A DNA stretch of 64,000 bases from Cyanophyceae cyanobacterium (GCA_038321985.1 JBBQFN010000001.1:256001-320000), one strand, 5' to 3'. Positions 20,032 through 30,784 are shown, counted from the stretch's first letter. Translations and numbers: made by a program. The notes: generated from the sequence alone by a model not told the origin.

Positions 20032-20195
20032 TCGAAAAAAGAGGGGAGAACCTCCTAACTTGCTGGGGTTCATCAGTTCGCTGTCACGTCTTGCCTTCGT
20101 CTAAAGGAAGGAAGTTTGCCATCTCCCCTATCTGGCTTATCCCCCATGAGCTAAGTCCTCTACAATCAAAAGAAAAGAAGCGAGGATTTCACGGC

Positions 20196-21401
20196 ATGGA
20201 TACGAAAGCTTTCAAACGTTCACTACAAAAGTCGGATAACTACCATCGCAAAGGATTTGGTCACCAAGAAGAAGTGACTGGGGTGATGAACTCGGTTTAT
20301 CAAAGTCCCTTAATTCAGCAAATCCGAGATAATAATTACACCTTAACTCGCGGCGAGGTGACGATCCGTCTTGCTCAAGCATTTGGATTTTGCTGGGGGG
20401 TGGAACGCGCCGTGGCGATCGCCTACGAAACTCGTCAGCATTTCCCTACCGAACGCATCTGGATTACCAACGAAATCATCCACAATCCTAGCGTTAATCA
20501 ACATATCCTGGAGATGAATGTGGAATTTATCCCGCTTCAGGACGGACAAAAAGATTTTGAAGTGGTCCAACCGGGAGATGTGGTGATTTTACCGGCCTTT
20601 GGTGCCACTGTTCAAGAAATGCAGTTGTTAAATGAGAAAGGCTGCACTATTGTAGACACGACTTGCCCTTGGGTTTCTAAAGTTTGGAATAGTGTTGAAA
20701 AGCATAAAAAAGGCAATTACACTTCCATTATTCATGGTAAATACAAGCATGAAGAAACCCTGGCAACCAGTTCTTTTGCCGGAACTTATTTAATCATTTT
20801 GAATATGCCAGAAGCCGAATATGTTGCTAATTATATTCTCAAGGGTGGGGACAAAACTGAATTTATGGCTAAATTCAGTAAAGCCGTTTCCCCCGGATTT
20901 GATCCGGACCGGGATTTAGAGCAAGTTGGCATTGCCAACCAAACAACCATGCTCAAAAGTGAGACCGAACAAATGGGCAAGTTGTTTGAACGGACGATGA
21001 TGAAAAAATATGGTCCGGCGCAGTTAAATCAACATTTTCTGGCTTTTAATACGATCTGCGATGCCACCCAAGAACGGCAAGATGCGATGTTGAATTTGGT
21101 TGAGGATCAAGTGGATGCGATCGTGGTGATTGGGGGGTATAATTCCTCAAATACGACCCAGTTACAACAAATTGCGATCGACCGAGGAATTCCTTCTTAT
21201 CATATTGATAGTGCCAGTCGCATTCTTTCGGGAAATCGTATCGAACATAAACCTCTGTACCAAGAGTTAGAAATTGCCGAAAATTGGCTACCGGCAGGTC
21301 CACTGGTGATTGGAGTGACATCTGGTGCCTCAACACCAGATAAGGTGGTAGAAGAGGCGATCGAGAAGATTTTTGCCAGTAAAGCAGTGGCAGTGGTTTA
21401 A
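20196..21401 (+). CDS. ispH: 4-hydroxy-3-methylbut-2-enyl diphosphate reductase
   Basis: [10 protein letters not shown] start, [38 protein letters not shown]. Confidence 0.96.
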   Translation: MDTKAFKRSLQKSDNYHRKGFGHQEEVTGVMNSVYQSPLIQQIRDNNYTLTRGEVTIRLAQAFGFCWGVERAVAIAYETRQHFPTERIWITNEIIHNPSVNQHILEMNVEFIPLQDGQKDFEVVQPGDVVILPAFGATVQEMQLLNEKGCTIVDTTCPWVSKVWNSVEKHKKGNYTSIIHGKYKHEETLATSSFAGTYLIILNMPEAEYVANYILKGGDKTEFMAKFSKAVSPGFDPDRDLEQVGIANQTTMLKSETEQMGKLFERTMMKKYGPAQLNQHFLAFNTICDATQERQDAMLNLVEDQVDAIVVIGGYNSSNTTQLQQIAIDRGIPSYHIDSASRILSGNRIEHKPLYQELEIAENWLPAGPLVIGVTSGASTPDKVVEEAIEKIFASKAVAVV

Positions 21402-21600
21402 GAGGGGCGATCGCGCAGGATTTAGGGATTAACCAGTGGAACCTATACCAGCAGGGTTTCACTGGTTGTGGGGTTTAACTGCCTCCCTCGCCCTTGTCCG
21501 GGTCTGGGGTTGAATCTTCTAACTTTAGTCAGAATCAAAAAATCAAACATCAAGTTCATAATAGGGCTAATCCCATATTTATTAGCCAATTTTTTTATAT

Positions 21601-24060
21601 ATGATTCCACGAACTACGATTGTTGCAGATGCTGCTACCCGGATTGCCCAAATTGCCACGGATACTCTGTTGGAAGATAAGAGTAAATTATTGGGTATTT
21701 TTTCTAGGACTCCGGATAAAAAAACTAAGGAGGCGATCGCAGCTGCCTCCCAGACTTATGTCAGTATCTATCTCCAACGATATGCCAGGATTGATTTGTT
21801 AGGATGTCGGGATCCAGTACCGTTAGAATCCCTCTATATCGAGATGCAGGTGAGGGAAATGGAAGCGTTGCCAGGGACGGAACCCGGGACCGCTTCAGTC
21901 CAGTCTACCGGCAAATCGGCGATCGCGGTGATCAACGAACGGGAGGCGGTGGTGGTGTGCGGTCCCCCGGGTTCGGGAAAGTCTTTGTTATTAAGAAAAA
22001 TTGGTTTAGAAGCCTTACAAGGAACTCGGTTCGGGGGGCTAGTCCATCGGTCCTATATTCCAGTGTTTATCCCGCTTAAAGCCTTGAGTGGTGGGGAAGC
22101 GGAAATTGAAAAAGCGATCGCAGATGAGTTTCGCCGCTGTAGTTTCCCTTCCCCAGAACGACTTGCCAAAGAGGCCCTGGCTCAAGGTCGTTTCTTGATT
22201 TTATTGGATGATTTGCATACGATTCCCTCATTTTCCATGACTGAGGGTGTCGCCCGTTTGGAAGGGTTTATGGAAAGTTATCCCAAAAATCGCTATGTAG
22301 CCGGTTGTAGATCGGGGATATTTAATCATCCCTGGCGCAGCTTTCATCCGGTGACAACGGTACCCTTAGATCAGGGACAACAGACGAATTTAATCCGGCA
22401 GTGGTATAAATCCCCAGCGGCGATGACCCAAAGTGGGGACTGCCTTCTCGGGAATCTTCAATCCCTGGAGAATGCTGATGCTCAGTCTTTGGCAGAACTT
22501 CCGCTCTCACTTACCTTGCTCTGTCTGGTATATGACCGTTCTCAAACCCTCCCCGGAAATCGCGCAGGGCTTTATCTGCAAATTTCTCACATTTTACTAG
22601 AAGAATCTGGAGATATAACGGCCCCACCGGGAGTCTCTGCCAGTGCTGAGATGAATCGGGAATTAGCAAAATTGTGGTTGGCTCAATTAGCTTTCCGAAG
22701 TGCGATCGGGGAACGTTCGGTTTTTTCCGGGGCTGATTTGAGCAGCCGCATTCCCGTGCATCTCCTAGATTTACATAAAGATGATTATTTCCCCTTTTCT
22801 ATCCCCACCAATGTCAATTCAGAAACTACGGAAAATCTGAATAAAAATCCCCCCTCGGTTGACCCAGGGCGTAAAAATTCTTTGCCTCCTGTTCCCACTA
22901 ATCCCAATCAAAAAGCAAATACGGCCCCGAATAAAAATCCCAGCGTATCCCTGAATACTCAAAGGGAAGAGAACCGCTATCGGATGGAGAAAATGCTGGA
23001 AAGGATTGCGTTGCAGTCGGGTTTATTGTTGCAAATTGGTCCTGATCGCTTTGCTTTTACTCAAGTAACCTGGCAAGAATATTTTACGGCAGTTTATATT
23101 GATACTTATTATTTAGCAGCTCAAATTTCCGCTAAAAATCTGACTTTACGCCACTGGCAAGAGATATTTTTGTTTGTCTCCGGGATGCGCTATCCCACGG
23201 CGGATAAGTTACTAATTTTGATGGAATCAGCGGCCCAGAAGTACCTAAAAACCAGCAAATTGCGATCGCTATTGCGATGGGCGTCTGAATCCACATCAGA
23301 GGCAGATGGAAACTGTTCCCCTGCCGCTAAACGCACGGCTGCCTTATTTTTGGCCTTAGGATTAAATGGGACATTAGAACCCGATTTATCTCCAGAAAAT
23401 CCTTATCCCTCCGATACTTTAGCTCTACAATTGAAGGAGATGGGGGCAGCGAAATCACCTTGGAATGTTGCCCTGAGCCTCTGCGAAGTTTTGGGGTTAA
23501 ATTTGTCAGAAATGATTAGCCGCGCGGGTATTTTGGCAGATGATTTTACCAAAAATCTCGTCTTTATTTGCGATCGCCCTCTGGATATAGAAAAATGTGC
23601 GGGGGAATTGACACGGGAGTTGGCTAGAAAACTTGCCCGCGATCGCGCGCGTCAACTGGTTTTAGACTTAGATTTTTTGCTGGATTCCGCCAGCAATTTT
23701 GCCCTAGATCGCGCCCGAGATTTAGCCTTTGTCAGCATTTTAACTCGATTGGTGGAGGAAGCCGGAATTTTTAAAGATTGCCAAGAAGCGATCGTGGCTT
23801 TGCAATCTTTGCAAACCGATATTCCCGATACCAATTCCTCCTATCAAGTGCATCACGAATTTCGCGATCGCATTCGGCAAACCTGGTTAAGTGCCCTCAA
23901 TCTGCAATGCGATCGCCTTAAGTTATCCCCTGAAGAAAAGCAAGCATTAGGCAACTACTTTTATGCTAATGGATTGATTGTGCGCTGCTATCATGCCGCC
24001 TCTGAAGTGACCCCAGCCACCTGGAAAGTCATCCAAGGACGAATGCTGCGCGGCCATTAG
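21601..24060 (+). CDS. NACHT-family NTPase (STAND class)
   Basis: Walker A GPPGSGKS, IPVFIPLK, Walker B-like LILLDDLH, PLSLTLLC, FAF..WQEYFTA, C-terminal helical DRARDLA region and YFYANGLIVRC. Confidence 0.85.
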   Translation: MIPRTTIVADAATRIAQIATDTLLEDKSKLLGIFSRTPDKKTKEAIAAASQTYVSIYLQRYARIDLLGCRDPVPLESLYIEMQVREMEALPGTEPGTASVQSTGKSAIAVINEREAVVVCGPPGSGKSLLLRKIGLEALQGTRFGGLVHRSYIPVFIPLKALSGGEAEIEKAIADEFRRCSFPSPERLAKEALAQGRFLILLDDLHTIPSFSMTEGVARLEGFMESYPKNRYVAGCRSGIFNHPWRSFHPVTTVPLDQGQQTNLIRQWYKSPAAMTQSGDCLLGNLQSLENADAQSLAELPLSLTLLCLVYDRSQTLPGNRAGLYLQISHILLEESGDITAPPGVSASAEMNRELAKLWLAQLAFRSAIGERSVFSGADLSSRIPVHLLDLHKDDYFPFSIPTNVNSETTENLNKNPPSVDPGRKNSLPPVPTNPNQKANTAPNKNPSVSLNTQREENRYRMEKMLERIALQSGLLLQIGPDRFAFTQVTWQEYFTAVYIDTYYLAAQISAKNLTLRHWQEIFLFVSGMRYPTADKLLILMESAAQKYLKTSKLRSLLRWASESTSEADGNCSPAAKRTAALFLALGLNGTLEPDLSPENPYPSDTLALQLKEMGAAKSPWNVALSLCEVLGLNLSEMISRAGILADDFTKNLVFICDRPLDIEKCAGELTRELARKLARDRARQLVLDLDFLLDSASNFALDRARDLAFVSILTRLVEEAGIFKDCQEAIVALQSLQTDIPDTNSSYQVHHEFRDRIRQTWLSALNLQCDRLKLSPEEKQALGNYFYANGLIVRCYHAASEVTPATWKVIQGRMLRGH

Positions 24061-24079
24061 AAATCGGACTGATTTGGTC

Positions 24080-24967
24080 CTAAGTGCGATCGCCATTTCT
24101 CGAAACCGGGCTATTATCCTGAAACTTTTCTTGATCGTAATAATACAGGGTGCGGACGGGATAGGGGATATTAATTTTTGCGCGATCACAAGCGGCTTTC
24201 AAGGCGATCGCCACTTTGGTCTGAGTCCGCCGTACCAAATGTTTATCCGGTTCTGTCCAATACCGTACCATCATATCAATTGAACTCTCCCCAAACCCCA
24301 CAATATCAACTTCCGGTTCCGGTTTCGATAACACCCCTGGAACCTGGGATACCGCATCTAGGAGCGTATCTATGGCTTCCGGTAATGGAGTATTGTAATC
24401 CACCCCAATCTCTAAATCCGTGCGCCGATAAGAAAAAGCTGTTCTAACTTGCACCGCATTCGTAAAAACCACCGCATTAGGAATAACAACTCGTTCCCCT
24501 TGATAGGTGCGAATTTGGGTCGAACGAATCGCAATTTCCTCGACAGTTCCCTCATATCCTTCTACAATAATTTGATCTCCCAGTTTAAAGGGTTCCTGCA
24601 ATAACAGCAAAATTCCCGCTAGGAAATTTTTAAAAATATCCTGAAAGGCAAAACCAATGGCAACAGAACTTAACCCCAATAATCCAATAATATCTCCTAA
24701 TGCTAAACCCGGAAAAGCCAGAACGCAGGCTACAATAATTCCCACGGACCATGCCGCTACATAAGCCGTTTGAACCATCAACATCCGGAGGGATCTATTC
24801 TTTAATACTCGACGTCCTGCCGCCATCGTCAAGCGACGAACCACGTTGGCAGCATACCAAGTAATCCCCAATACAACCAAGGCAATTAAAATTGCCGGTA
24901 CCAGTGCCACCCCTTGAGCAATCAGGTTAATTAGGGTCGCTTGCACTTCTTTTACAACTGCGTTCAT
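24080..24967 (-). CDS. Small-conductance mechanosensitive channel (MscS family)
   Basis: AIGFAFQDIFKNFLAG, PFKLGD, GTVEEIAIRST, IPN, INIPYP. Confidence 0.92.
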   Translation of the reverse strand: MNAVVKEVQATLINLIAQGVALVPAILIALVVLGITWYAANVVRRLTMAAGRRVLKNRSLRMLMVQTAYVAAWSVGIIVACVLAFPGLALGDIIGLLGLSSVAIGFAFQDIFKNFLAGILLLLQEPFKLGDQIIVEGYEGTVEEIAIRSTQIRTYQGERVVIPNAVVFTNAVQVRTAFSYRRTDLEIGVDYNTPLPEAIDTLLDAVSQVPGVLSKPEPEVDIVGFGESSIDMMVRYWTEPDKHLVRRTQTKVAIALKAACDRAKINIPYPVRTLYYYDQEKFQDNSPVSRNGDRT

Positions 24968-25091
24968 CTTAATTCTTGATTTAAAATTTCAGAAGGCTTA
25001 CTTTTTGACCGTTCCCCTCAAAAGTGTAGTTTAAACCCACCACTTCCCTGAGGATTGCCATAAAATTCAGGACCATTAATGAATTCCATCA

Positions 25092-25763
25092 TCACGGTTT
25101 TATCCCCGTTACTCCAACTCGCGCATCTCCCCAACGATGGATTTTAATCTCTGAAAATCCTGATCGCACCGCATAAGTTTGCAATTCTTCACCCGTCGAA
25201 CACATACTCAAATAAGCAGGACGTTGGTCAATGGGATAAGCATACCCTGCCATAAATACGTCCCATCCGTGACTTGACGTCAAATCCACATTATCAAAAA
25301 AGCAGCGTCCCCCTGACTTTAATACCCGAAATGCTTCCTTCAAATATTGATAGCGGTCCCACTCATAAAGGTGCATAAATACCACGGTACAGTAGACTAA
25401 ATCGACCGAATTATCGGCCACTTCCTGTAGTCCTACCCCACTCAATTCTATCAATTCCACATTATCCAAACCTTTCAGACGTTGAGCGGCATACTGAAGC
25501 ATATTTGCGGAAATATCCGTGCCGATCCATTTCTGACATTTTGTACTTAAAAATTTGCCAACCCGACCTACACCACAGCCAATCTCTAAACAAATATCCT
25601 GGGGTTGAATACCAACAAAATTCTCAATTCGATTCACCGTATTTAGTCCGGTTCGGTCTAATTCAGCCTCATCCGTATGTCCCGCCACATATAATTTAGC
25701 CTCATCCATATTCACGGCGAGGTTGTCCCAGGTTTCCTTGTACTGCGATCGCTCCTGAATCAT
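25092..25763 (-). CDS. Class I SAM-dependent methyltransferase
   Basis: LEIGCGVGR, DIS, FRVLKSGG. Confidence 0.85.
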   Translation of the reverse strand: MIQERSQYKETWDNLAVNMDEAKLYVAGHTDEAELDRTGLNTVNRIENFVGIQPQDICLEIGCGVGRVGKFLSTKCQKWIGTDISANMLQYAAQRLKGLDNVELIELSGVGLQEVADNSVDLVYCTVVFMHLYEWDRYQYLKEAFRVLKSGGRCFFDNVDLTSSHGWDVFMAGYAYPIDQRPAYLSMCSTGEELQTYAVRSGFSEIKIHRWGDARVGVTGIKP

Positions 25764-25936
25764 AAGGTTCTGATTTCCATTCCCAGTGGGTAAAATTTAC
25801 GGCAAGCTTTATAATAATAGTTTATGTTTGAATCCGAGTCATGGCTTTTTGAGCAGGCGATCGCCGCCCATAGCAGGTTGAGTGCCAGACTGCCATTGAC
25901 CCAACAGGCCAGTTCATTTGCGAAAAGTAGCACGTT

Positions 25937-27301
25937 ATGTCCTCTATTCCTCGTCGTTACCACATCACCACCTTCGGCTGTCAGATGAACAAAGCTGACT
26001 CCGAACGCATGGCGGGTATCCTGGAAAATATGGGGTTCCAGTTTTCCGAAGACCCCAACCAAGCCGACCTCATCCTCTACAATACCTGCTCAATTCGGGA
26101 TAATGCCGAGCAAAAAGTTTATTCCTACCTAGGCAGGCAAGCCAAGCGCAAACTCCAACAACCCAACCTCACCCTGATCGTTGCCGGTTGCGTCGCACAA
26201 CAGGAAGGAGAAGCGCTACTGCGACGAGTGCCAGAATTGGATATGGTCATGGGACCCCAACACGCCAATCGCTTAGAGGATTTGCTCGAACAGGTCTTCG
26301 CCGGAAATCAAGTGGTGGCGACAGAGGCCGTGCATATCATGGAGGATATCACCAAACCGCGCCGAGATAGCCAAGTTACCGCCTGGGTGAACGTGATTTA
26401 CGGCTGTAACGAACGCTGCACCTATTGCATTGTCCCCTCAGTGCGTGGCATCGAACAATCCCGCACCCCCGAAGCCATCCGCGCCGAAATGGAAGAACTC
26501 GGACGCCAGGGATATAAAGAAATCACCTTACTCGGTCAAAATATCGACGCCTACGGCAGAGATTTACCGGGAACCACACCGGAGGGACGGAATTTACATA
26601 CCCTCACCGACTTGCTCTATTTCGTTCATGATGTACCGGGAATTGAACGGATTCGTTTTGCTACCTCTCACCCCCGGTATTTCACGGAACGATTAATTCG
26701 GGCTTGTCAGGAATTACCGAAGGTTTGCGAACATTTTCATATCCCTTTTCAATCGGGAGATAATGATATATTGAAAGCGATGTCTCGGGGTTATACCCAT
26801 GAAAAATATCGCCGCATCATCGAGATGATTCGCCGCTATATGCCGGATGCTTCTATCAGTGCCGATGCGATCGTGGGGTTCCCCGGCGAAACTGAGGAAC
26901 AGTTTCAAAATACCCTGAAACTGTTAGAAGAAATGAGCTTTGATATGCTCAATACCGCAGCCTATTCCCCTCGTCCCGGCACACCGGCTGCGGTGTGGGA
27001 GAATCAGTTGAGTGAAGAAGTCAAAAGCGATCGCCTGCAACGGTTGAATCACTTAGTATCTATCAAAGCTGCGGAGCGATCGGATCGATATCTAGGGCGA
27101 ATTGAAGAAGTCCTAGTCGAAGAGCAAAATACCAAAGACCCCACGCAAGTCATGGGAAGAACACGCGGCAACCGTCTCACTTTCTTTACCGGGGATATCA
27201 ATCAGTATAGGGGACAGTTAGTCCAGGTGAAGATTACCGAATCCCGCGCCTTTAGTTTATCGGGCGAGGCAATTTCCGTTCCTCAACCGGCTTTGGTTTA
27301 A
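25937..27301 (+). CDS. miaB: tRNA-2-methylthio-N6-dimethylallyladenosine synthase
   Basis: [18 protein letters not shown], radical-[12 protein letters not shown]-terminal TRAM domain. Confidence 0.96.
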   Translation: MSSIPRRYHITTFGCQMNKADSERMAGILENMGFQFSEDPNQADLILYNTCSIRDNAEQKVYSYLGRQAKRKLQQPNLTLIVAGCVAQQEGEALLRRVPELDMVMGPQHANRLEDLLEQVFAGNQVVATEAVHIMEDITKPRRDSQVTAWVNVIYGCNERCTYCIVPSVRGIEQSRTPEAIRAEMEELGRQGYKEITLLGQNIDAYGRDLPGTTPEGRNLHTLTDLLYFVHDVPGIERIRFATSHPRYFTERLIRACQELPKVCEHFHIPFQSGDNDILKAMSRGYTHEKYRRIIEMIRRYMPDASISADAIVGFPGETEEQFQNTLKLLEEMSFDMLNTAAYSPRPGTPAAVWENQLSEEVKSDRLQRLNHLVSIKAAERSDRYLGRIEEVLVEEQNTKDPTQVMGRTRGNRLTFFTGDINQYRGQLVQVKITESRAFSLSGEAISVPQPALV

Positions 27302-27467
27302 GGGCGATCAGCGCTTAGGTGAGTTATGGAGAACCCCGGGAAAAAACCCGGGGTTTTCTAGGTTGAATGGGAGGATATATTGCGAGTCTGGCTTCAGGAG
27401 GTAGAGATATTTAGAGGACAGGAGTGCGAGCATCTTGCTCACTATATAAGTCCACAGAACCGCGATA

Positions 27468-27914
27468 TCATATCCATGATTCCCAAGAAAATGCCTGAAC
27501 TTGGTTGATGCGCTTAAAATCACTGTCGGCAGAAACAATGATTAATCCGTGCTGAATTGCTGTGGCAACAATCCAAAGGTCATGGTCAGTAAATCCTAAG
27601 TTGCTGATACTGGTGCGACGCCGCTTATTTTTATCCTTGGGCGCAAACAGATTAAAAACTGCTGTTTTAATCTGACTATAAAAAATTGCCGTTTCTTCAT
27701 CAATAAAATATAAATCAACTTGACCTAAAAACTCTTCTACTGCTGTGATATTTTTAGATTGTCTCGCCGACTTATCAGCCATGTACAGCAATTCCGCATA
27801 AGTAATAATGCTAATTCCAATTGCATCATTACGATGATTATTTAAAACATTAATTACTTGACTGTCGCCATTGATAATATAGCTACAATGGTTTGTATCC
27901 AGTAAGTAGGGCAT
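27468..27914 (-). CDS. VapC-like PIN-domain toxin
   Basis: MPYLLDTN, YAEL, DHDLWIVATA, SADSDF acidic tetrad. Start moved to 27914. Confidence 0.9.
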   Translation of the reverse strand: MPYLLDTNHCSYIINGDSQVINVLNNHRNDAIGISIITYAELLYMADKSARQSKNITAVEEFLGQVDLYFIDEETAIFYSQIKTAVFNLFAPKDKNKRRRTSISNLGFTDHDLWIVATAIQHGLIIVSADSDFKRINQVQAFSWESWI

Positions 27915-27918
27915 GATA

Positions 27919-28179
27919 TTAAAACTGGGTTTCTGAACGAGTTTTATAAACGGAATGAAGGCATTCTTCCAGGTCATTTCCTTGCCAAGTCCCGGCAACT
28001 TTGAGTAAATCTTTGGCGGTTTTCCCTCTTTTTAGCGGGGGCAATTTTCTCACGGGAGATACTGGAGGGGGTTCGGCAGCTTCTAGGGAGTCGAGAAAGT
28101 CACTGACGAGGGCAAGTCTTTCCGGTGAGAGGTTGTTCAGTTGGCTGGCGATTTTTTGGTGTAATTGAGTTGTATTCAT
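27919..28179 (-). CDS. Cognate antitoxin (DUF2281-like)
   Basis: 86 aa, 4 bp upstream of the PIN gene; LSPERLALVSDFLDSL and LLKVAGTWQGNDLEECL patterns. Confidence 0.75.
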   Translation of the reverse strand: MNTTQLHQKIASQLNNLSPERLALVSDFLDSLEAAEPPPVSPVRKLPPLKRGKTAKDLLKVAGTWQGNDLEECLHSVYKTRSETQF

Positions 28180-28371
28180 AGTTTTGTTTAGTAATTTAAG
28201 CTAATTATAGCCTTGTGATAGCGGGTCGGGGGACTGATGGGGTATAGATATTTAAAGGAGTGTGGTCAGCGTAGCCTGGGCTGCGGGTCCTGAAAAATTG
28301 GAACAAGCGAAGAAGGAAACATATGAGTTTACTTTAACAATTAAGGTCTATTTTTAGCTACTATAAACTAA

Positions 28372-28545
28372 GGAATTTTAATTCAGCCTAACTGCACTTT
28401 TATTCCCACAACCTTAAATGAAGTTGCCGGATGTTTGAAATATCAAGGTTCCCCCAAAACCCTAGAAGATATGGAAACTGCCATTCGCCAAGGTATTCAG
28501 AAGCAAGGGCATGATTAGCATCAATGTGAATTTTCTGCGGTGGGG
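28372..28545 (+). pseudogene. Remnant of an AbrB/MazE-type antitoxin 3' end plus overlapping start of a PIN toxin
   Basis: Frame GILIQPNCTFIPTTLNEVAGCLKYQGSPKTLEDMETAIRQGIQKQGHD* (stop 28516-28518) has no start and is preceded by TAA. Overlapping ATG 28511 gives MISINVNFLR, a degenerate MIxxDTNxLxR. Confidence 0.6.
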
Positions 28546-28742
28546 GTGTGAGCAAGGGGGTTTCTAGGCTGTCGGTTGCCATGTCCAACTTTCCAGTAGC
28601 CTAGAGGCGATCGCAACACCAGATCCCACCGTCAACCCCTCTGCTCCCAGTCCCGCTCATTTGAGCATTGATCATCAAAAAATTAGATATCGCCGCCTCC
28701 TTCTCTCCATTGTTATCTAATTGAGCAAAACGGGATGCTCCC

Positions 28743-28768
28743 GCCGTGGGCGGGTTGCTGACTCATAA
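28743..28768. repeat. 26-bp direct repeat, copy 1 (copy 2 at 29548-29573)
   Basis: GCCGTGGGCGGGTTGCTGACTCATAA vs GCCGTCGGTGGGTTGCTGACTCATAA, 24/26 identical. Both read ATG-S-Q-Q-P on the minus strand. Confidence 0.8.
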
Positions 28769-28846
28769 TCAAGGCAAAGTTAAAAGGTTTGGAGTGATAA
28801 CTTTAGCCATCATCGGGTAAGCATTGCCAAAGCGATGACCACAAAT

Positions 28847-29059
28847 TTAGAGAGCTACTGTTTCAAAGGCAATGCGTATGGGATTATCAGAAGGAGCTAA
28901 AAAATTGAGCTTTTCAAACCCAATCACTTGCCCCTGTTGATCCTTCATTAAAATTACCTCATCGCCCGTTTCTTCGGCTTCGACCTCATCTTGAGGATTA
29001 CCAAACCAGACAACAAGTGTATTGCCGGTGCGGTCATAGAATACTTTTACTTCTGCCAT
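28847..29059 (-). CDS. DUF2283-family small protein (putative antitoxin)
   Basis: KVFYDRTGNTLVVWF...VILMKDQQGQVIGFE. Confidence 0.82.
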   Translation of the reverse strand: MAEVKVFYDRTGNTLVVWFGNPQDEVEAEETGDEVILMKDQQGQVIGFEKLNFLAPSDNPIRIAFETVAL

Positions 29060-29381
29060 AATTGCTTTCCTTCCTTAATAGCACTGGTTCGATAGGCTGT
29101 GATTAAAAATCCTTCTCCATTTAAGCGTCTAGTCACAGCACAGACCCAACGTTTTGTACCCTCATTACGGTAGAATAGGTAAACCTGAGCATCAGTGTTA
29201 CTAAGACGAACTTCGTCTGGGTCGCTTAATGTATTTTGTACCTCGCTCAAGCGGTTGATCATGATGGATGCTTAACGGTGACAATAAACTGCCAATACTC
29301 GGCAGTTGTGCGAACGGAGAACCCAAGAGGGGTGATGATTTCAAAGAGGATTTCAGGATTCGATGAGGAATCATCGTTCAT
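29047..29381 (-). pseudogene. Frameshifted RelE/DUF4258-like putative toxin
   Basis: ATG 29381 gives MNDDSSSNPEILFEIITPLGFSVRTTAEYWQFIVTVKHP then a stop. The continuation MINRLSEVQNTLSDPDEVRLS...GFLITAY starts 119 nt downstream, one base short of frame. Confidence 0.72.
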
Positions 29382-29700
29382 AAACCGATTCCCCGATCGC
29401 CACATTCATCGAAAAATTTGCCCCCACATCAAAGCTGAGGTTAATACCAATCAGATCCACCTTCGTCCGCCTCGGCTCATCAATCCCCTCAATCTCCTCC
29501 CTCACCCACTCCGTCGGGAACGTAGAAAGCAGATGCAGGTTGTGGGGGCCGTCGGTGGGTTGCTGACTCATAAAAACACCAGAGAGCGCACACCCCATTA
29601 CAGCCCCTTCCCCAACCCGAATCTGACATCCAGCTAAAGCATCGGAATGACTGCCAATTTCTTCCCAAGTCCCCTCGATTTCTAGCCGTTTTACCGTCAT
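29371..29700 (-). pseudogene. Chimeric remnant: antitoxin-like N-terminus fused to an MSQQP fragment
   Basis: MTVKRLEIEGTWEEI..HSDALAGCQIRV resembles a small cyanobacterial antitoxin start. It continues into the repeated MSQQP segment and a pentapeptide-like VDLIGINLS..GANFS fragment. Confidence 0.4.
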
Positions 29701-29922
29701 AGAATATCTCGCTCAATACTAGGATTAAATTCATTATAGGCTGCTTCTAACTAAAAATCTGGATTAAGCTCGACGGTAAGAGCGATCGCCCAGTATTGAT
29801 AAGCGAATGGGCGGCGATCGCACGTTGGCAGACGTTTCCAGAAGGCAAAATTCGCAGATATAAACGTGAGCCAGATATGACACTCCACAAACTCTTGCCC
29901 GCCAATATGCGATCGCCATCAA

Positions 29923-30582
29923 CTACGATTCCGGCTCAATTCCTAACGCCCGCAACTGTGCCGCTAATCGTTCCGCCCGCTGGCGTTCTGCTGCTGCCTC
30001 CTCCCGTGCTGCTGTTCGTTCCTGCGACAGTTCAATCGTTGTGAGGAATTTTTCCCCGTCGGGGCGGTAAATGGTCAAAGCCTCCGGAGTGAACTCGAAG
30101 CGAATCCCTAAACGAGGGCTTGTCCATTGGCCGATCGCCTCAATCACAAGCAATTCCCCCTCCACCCGCTGAAGACCCACAAACTCATGATGCTCAGGGT
30201 CATAGATATAGTATTCTTCCACCCCATAGCGTTGATAAAATTGCTGCTTATTGACCATTGCCTGGAGGCCATTTCCCGGCGAAAGAATCTCAAACACCAC
30301 CTGGGGGGCAATATTTCCCTCTTCCCACTGGCGATAGGAACCGCGATCGCCCTTGGGTCTCCCAAACACTACAAACACATCGGGAGCCACCCGAATCTTG
30401 GGTTCCCCCTCCACGGGATACCAGAGTAGATCCCCCGCCACAAAAACATCGGGCTGATCCGCAAAGCAGCATTCTAAATTTTCCTTAATCAGGACAATCC
30501 ATTGGAACTGGCGCGTATTATGTGCGATCGGTTGGCCATCAGAATCAGGATAGAGAACAGGGCGATTAACGGAAAGAGTCAT
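29923..30582 (-). CDS. Uma2 (DUF820) family PD-(D/E)XK endonuclease-like protein
   Basis: YPDSDGQP, APDVFVVFG, PQVVFEILSPGN, GVEEYYIYDP, C-terminal AERLAAQLRALGIEP. Confidence 0.93.
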   Translation of the reverse strand: MTLSVNRPVLYPDSDGQPIAHNTRQFQWIVLIKENLECCFADQPDVFVAGDLLWYPVEGEPKIRVAPDVFVVFGRPKGDRGSYRQWEEGNIAPQVVFEILSPGNGLQAMVNKQQFYQRYGVEEYYIYDPEHHEFVGLQRVEGELLVIEAIGQWTSPRLGIRFEFTPEALTIYRPDGEKFLTTIELSQERTAAREEAAAERQRAERLAAQLRALGIEPES

Positions 30583-30784
30583 AGGACAGGCGTGATTGCT
30601 GTTTGATATATTATGCCAAGCTTGACTTGGCGGTGTCCAGTCATTTTCCCTGGAGGTTCTGCCTCCATTTCCCCCGTGCAGGGATGGTGAGAAATGGGGT
30701 TTCTCTGATTAGCTTGGGGAAAGATGAAATGCTTATACTTGGGTGAACCAGAACTATTAAACTCCCTGCTAAACTGTTTTTTGT

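Noticed and set aside
29236..29637. 133-aa plus-strand ORF, and ORF 28400-28588 on the minus strand
   Set aside because: Antisense to the TA remnants, which explain the sequence better.
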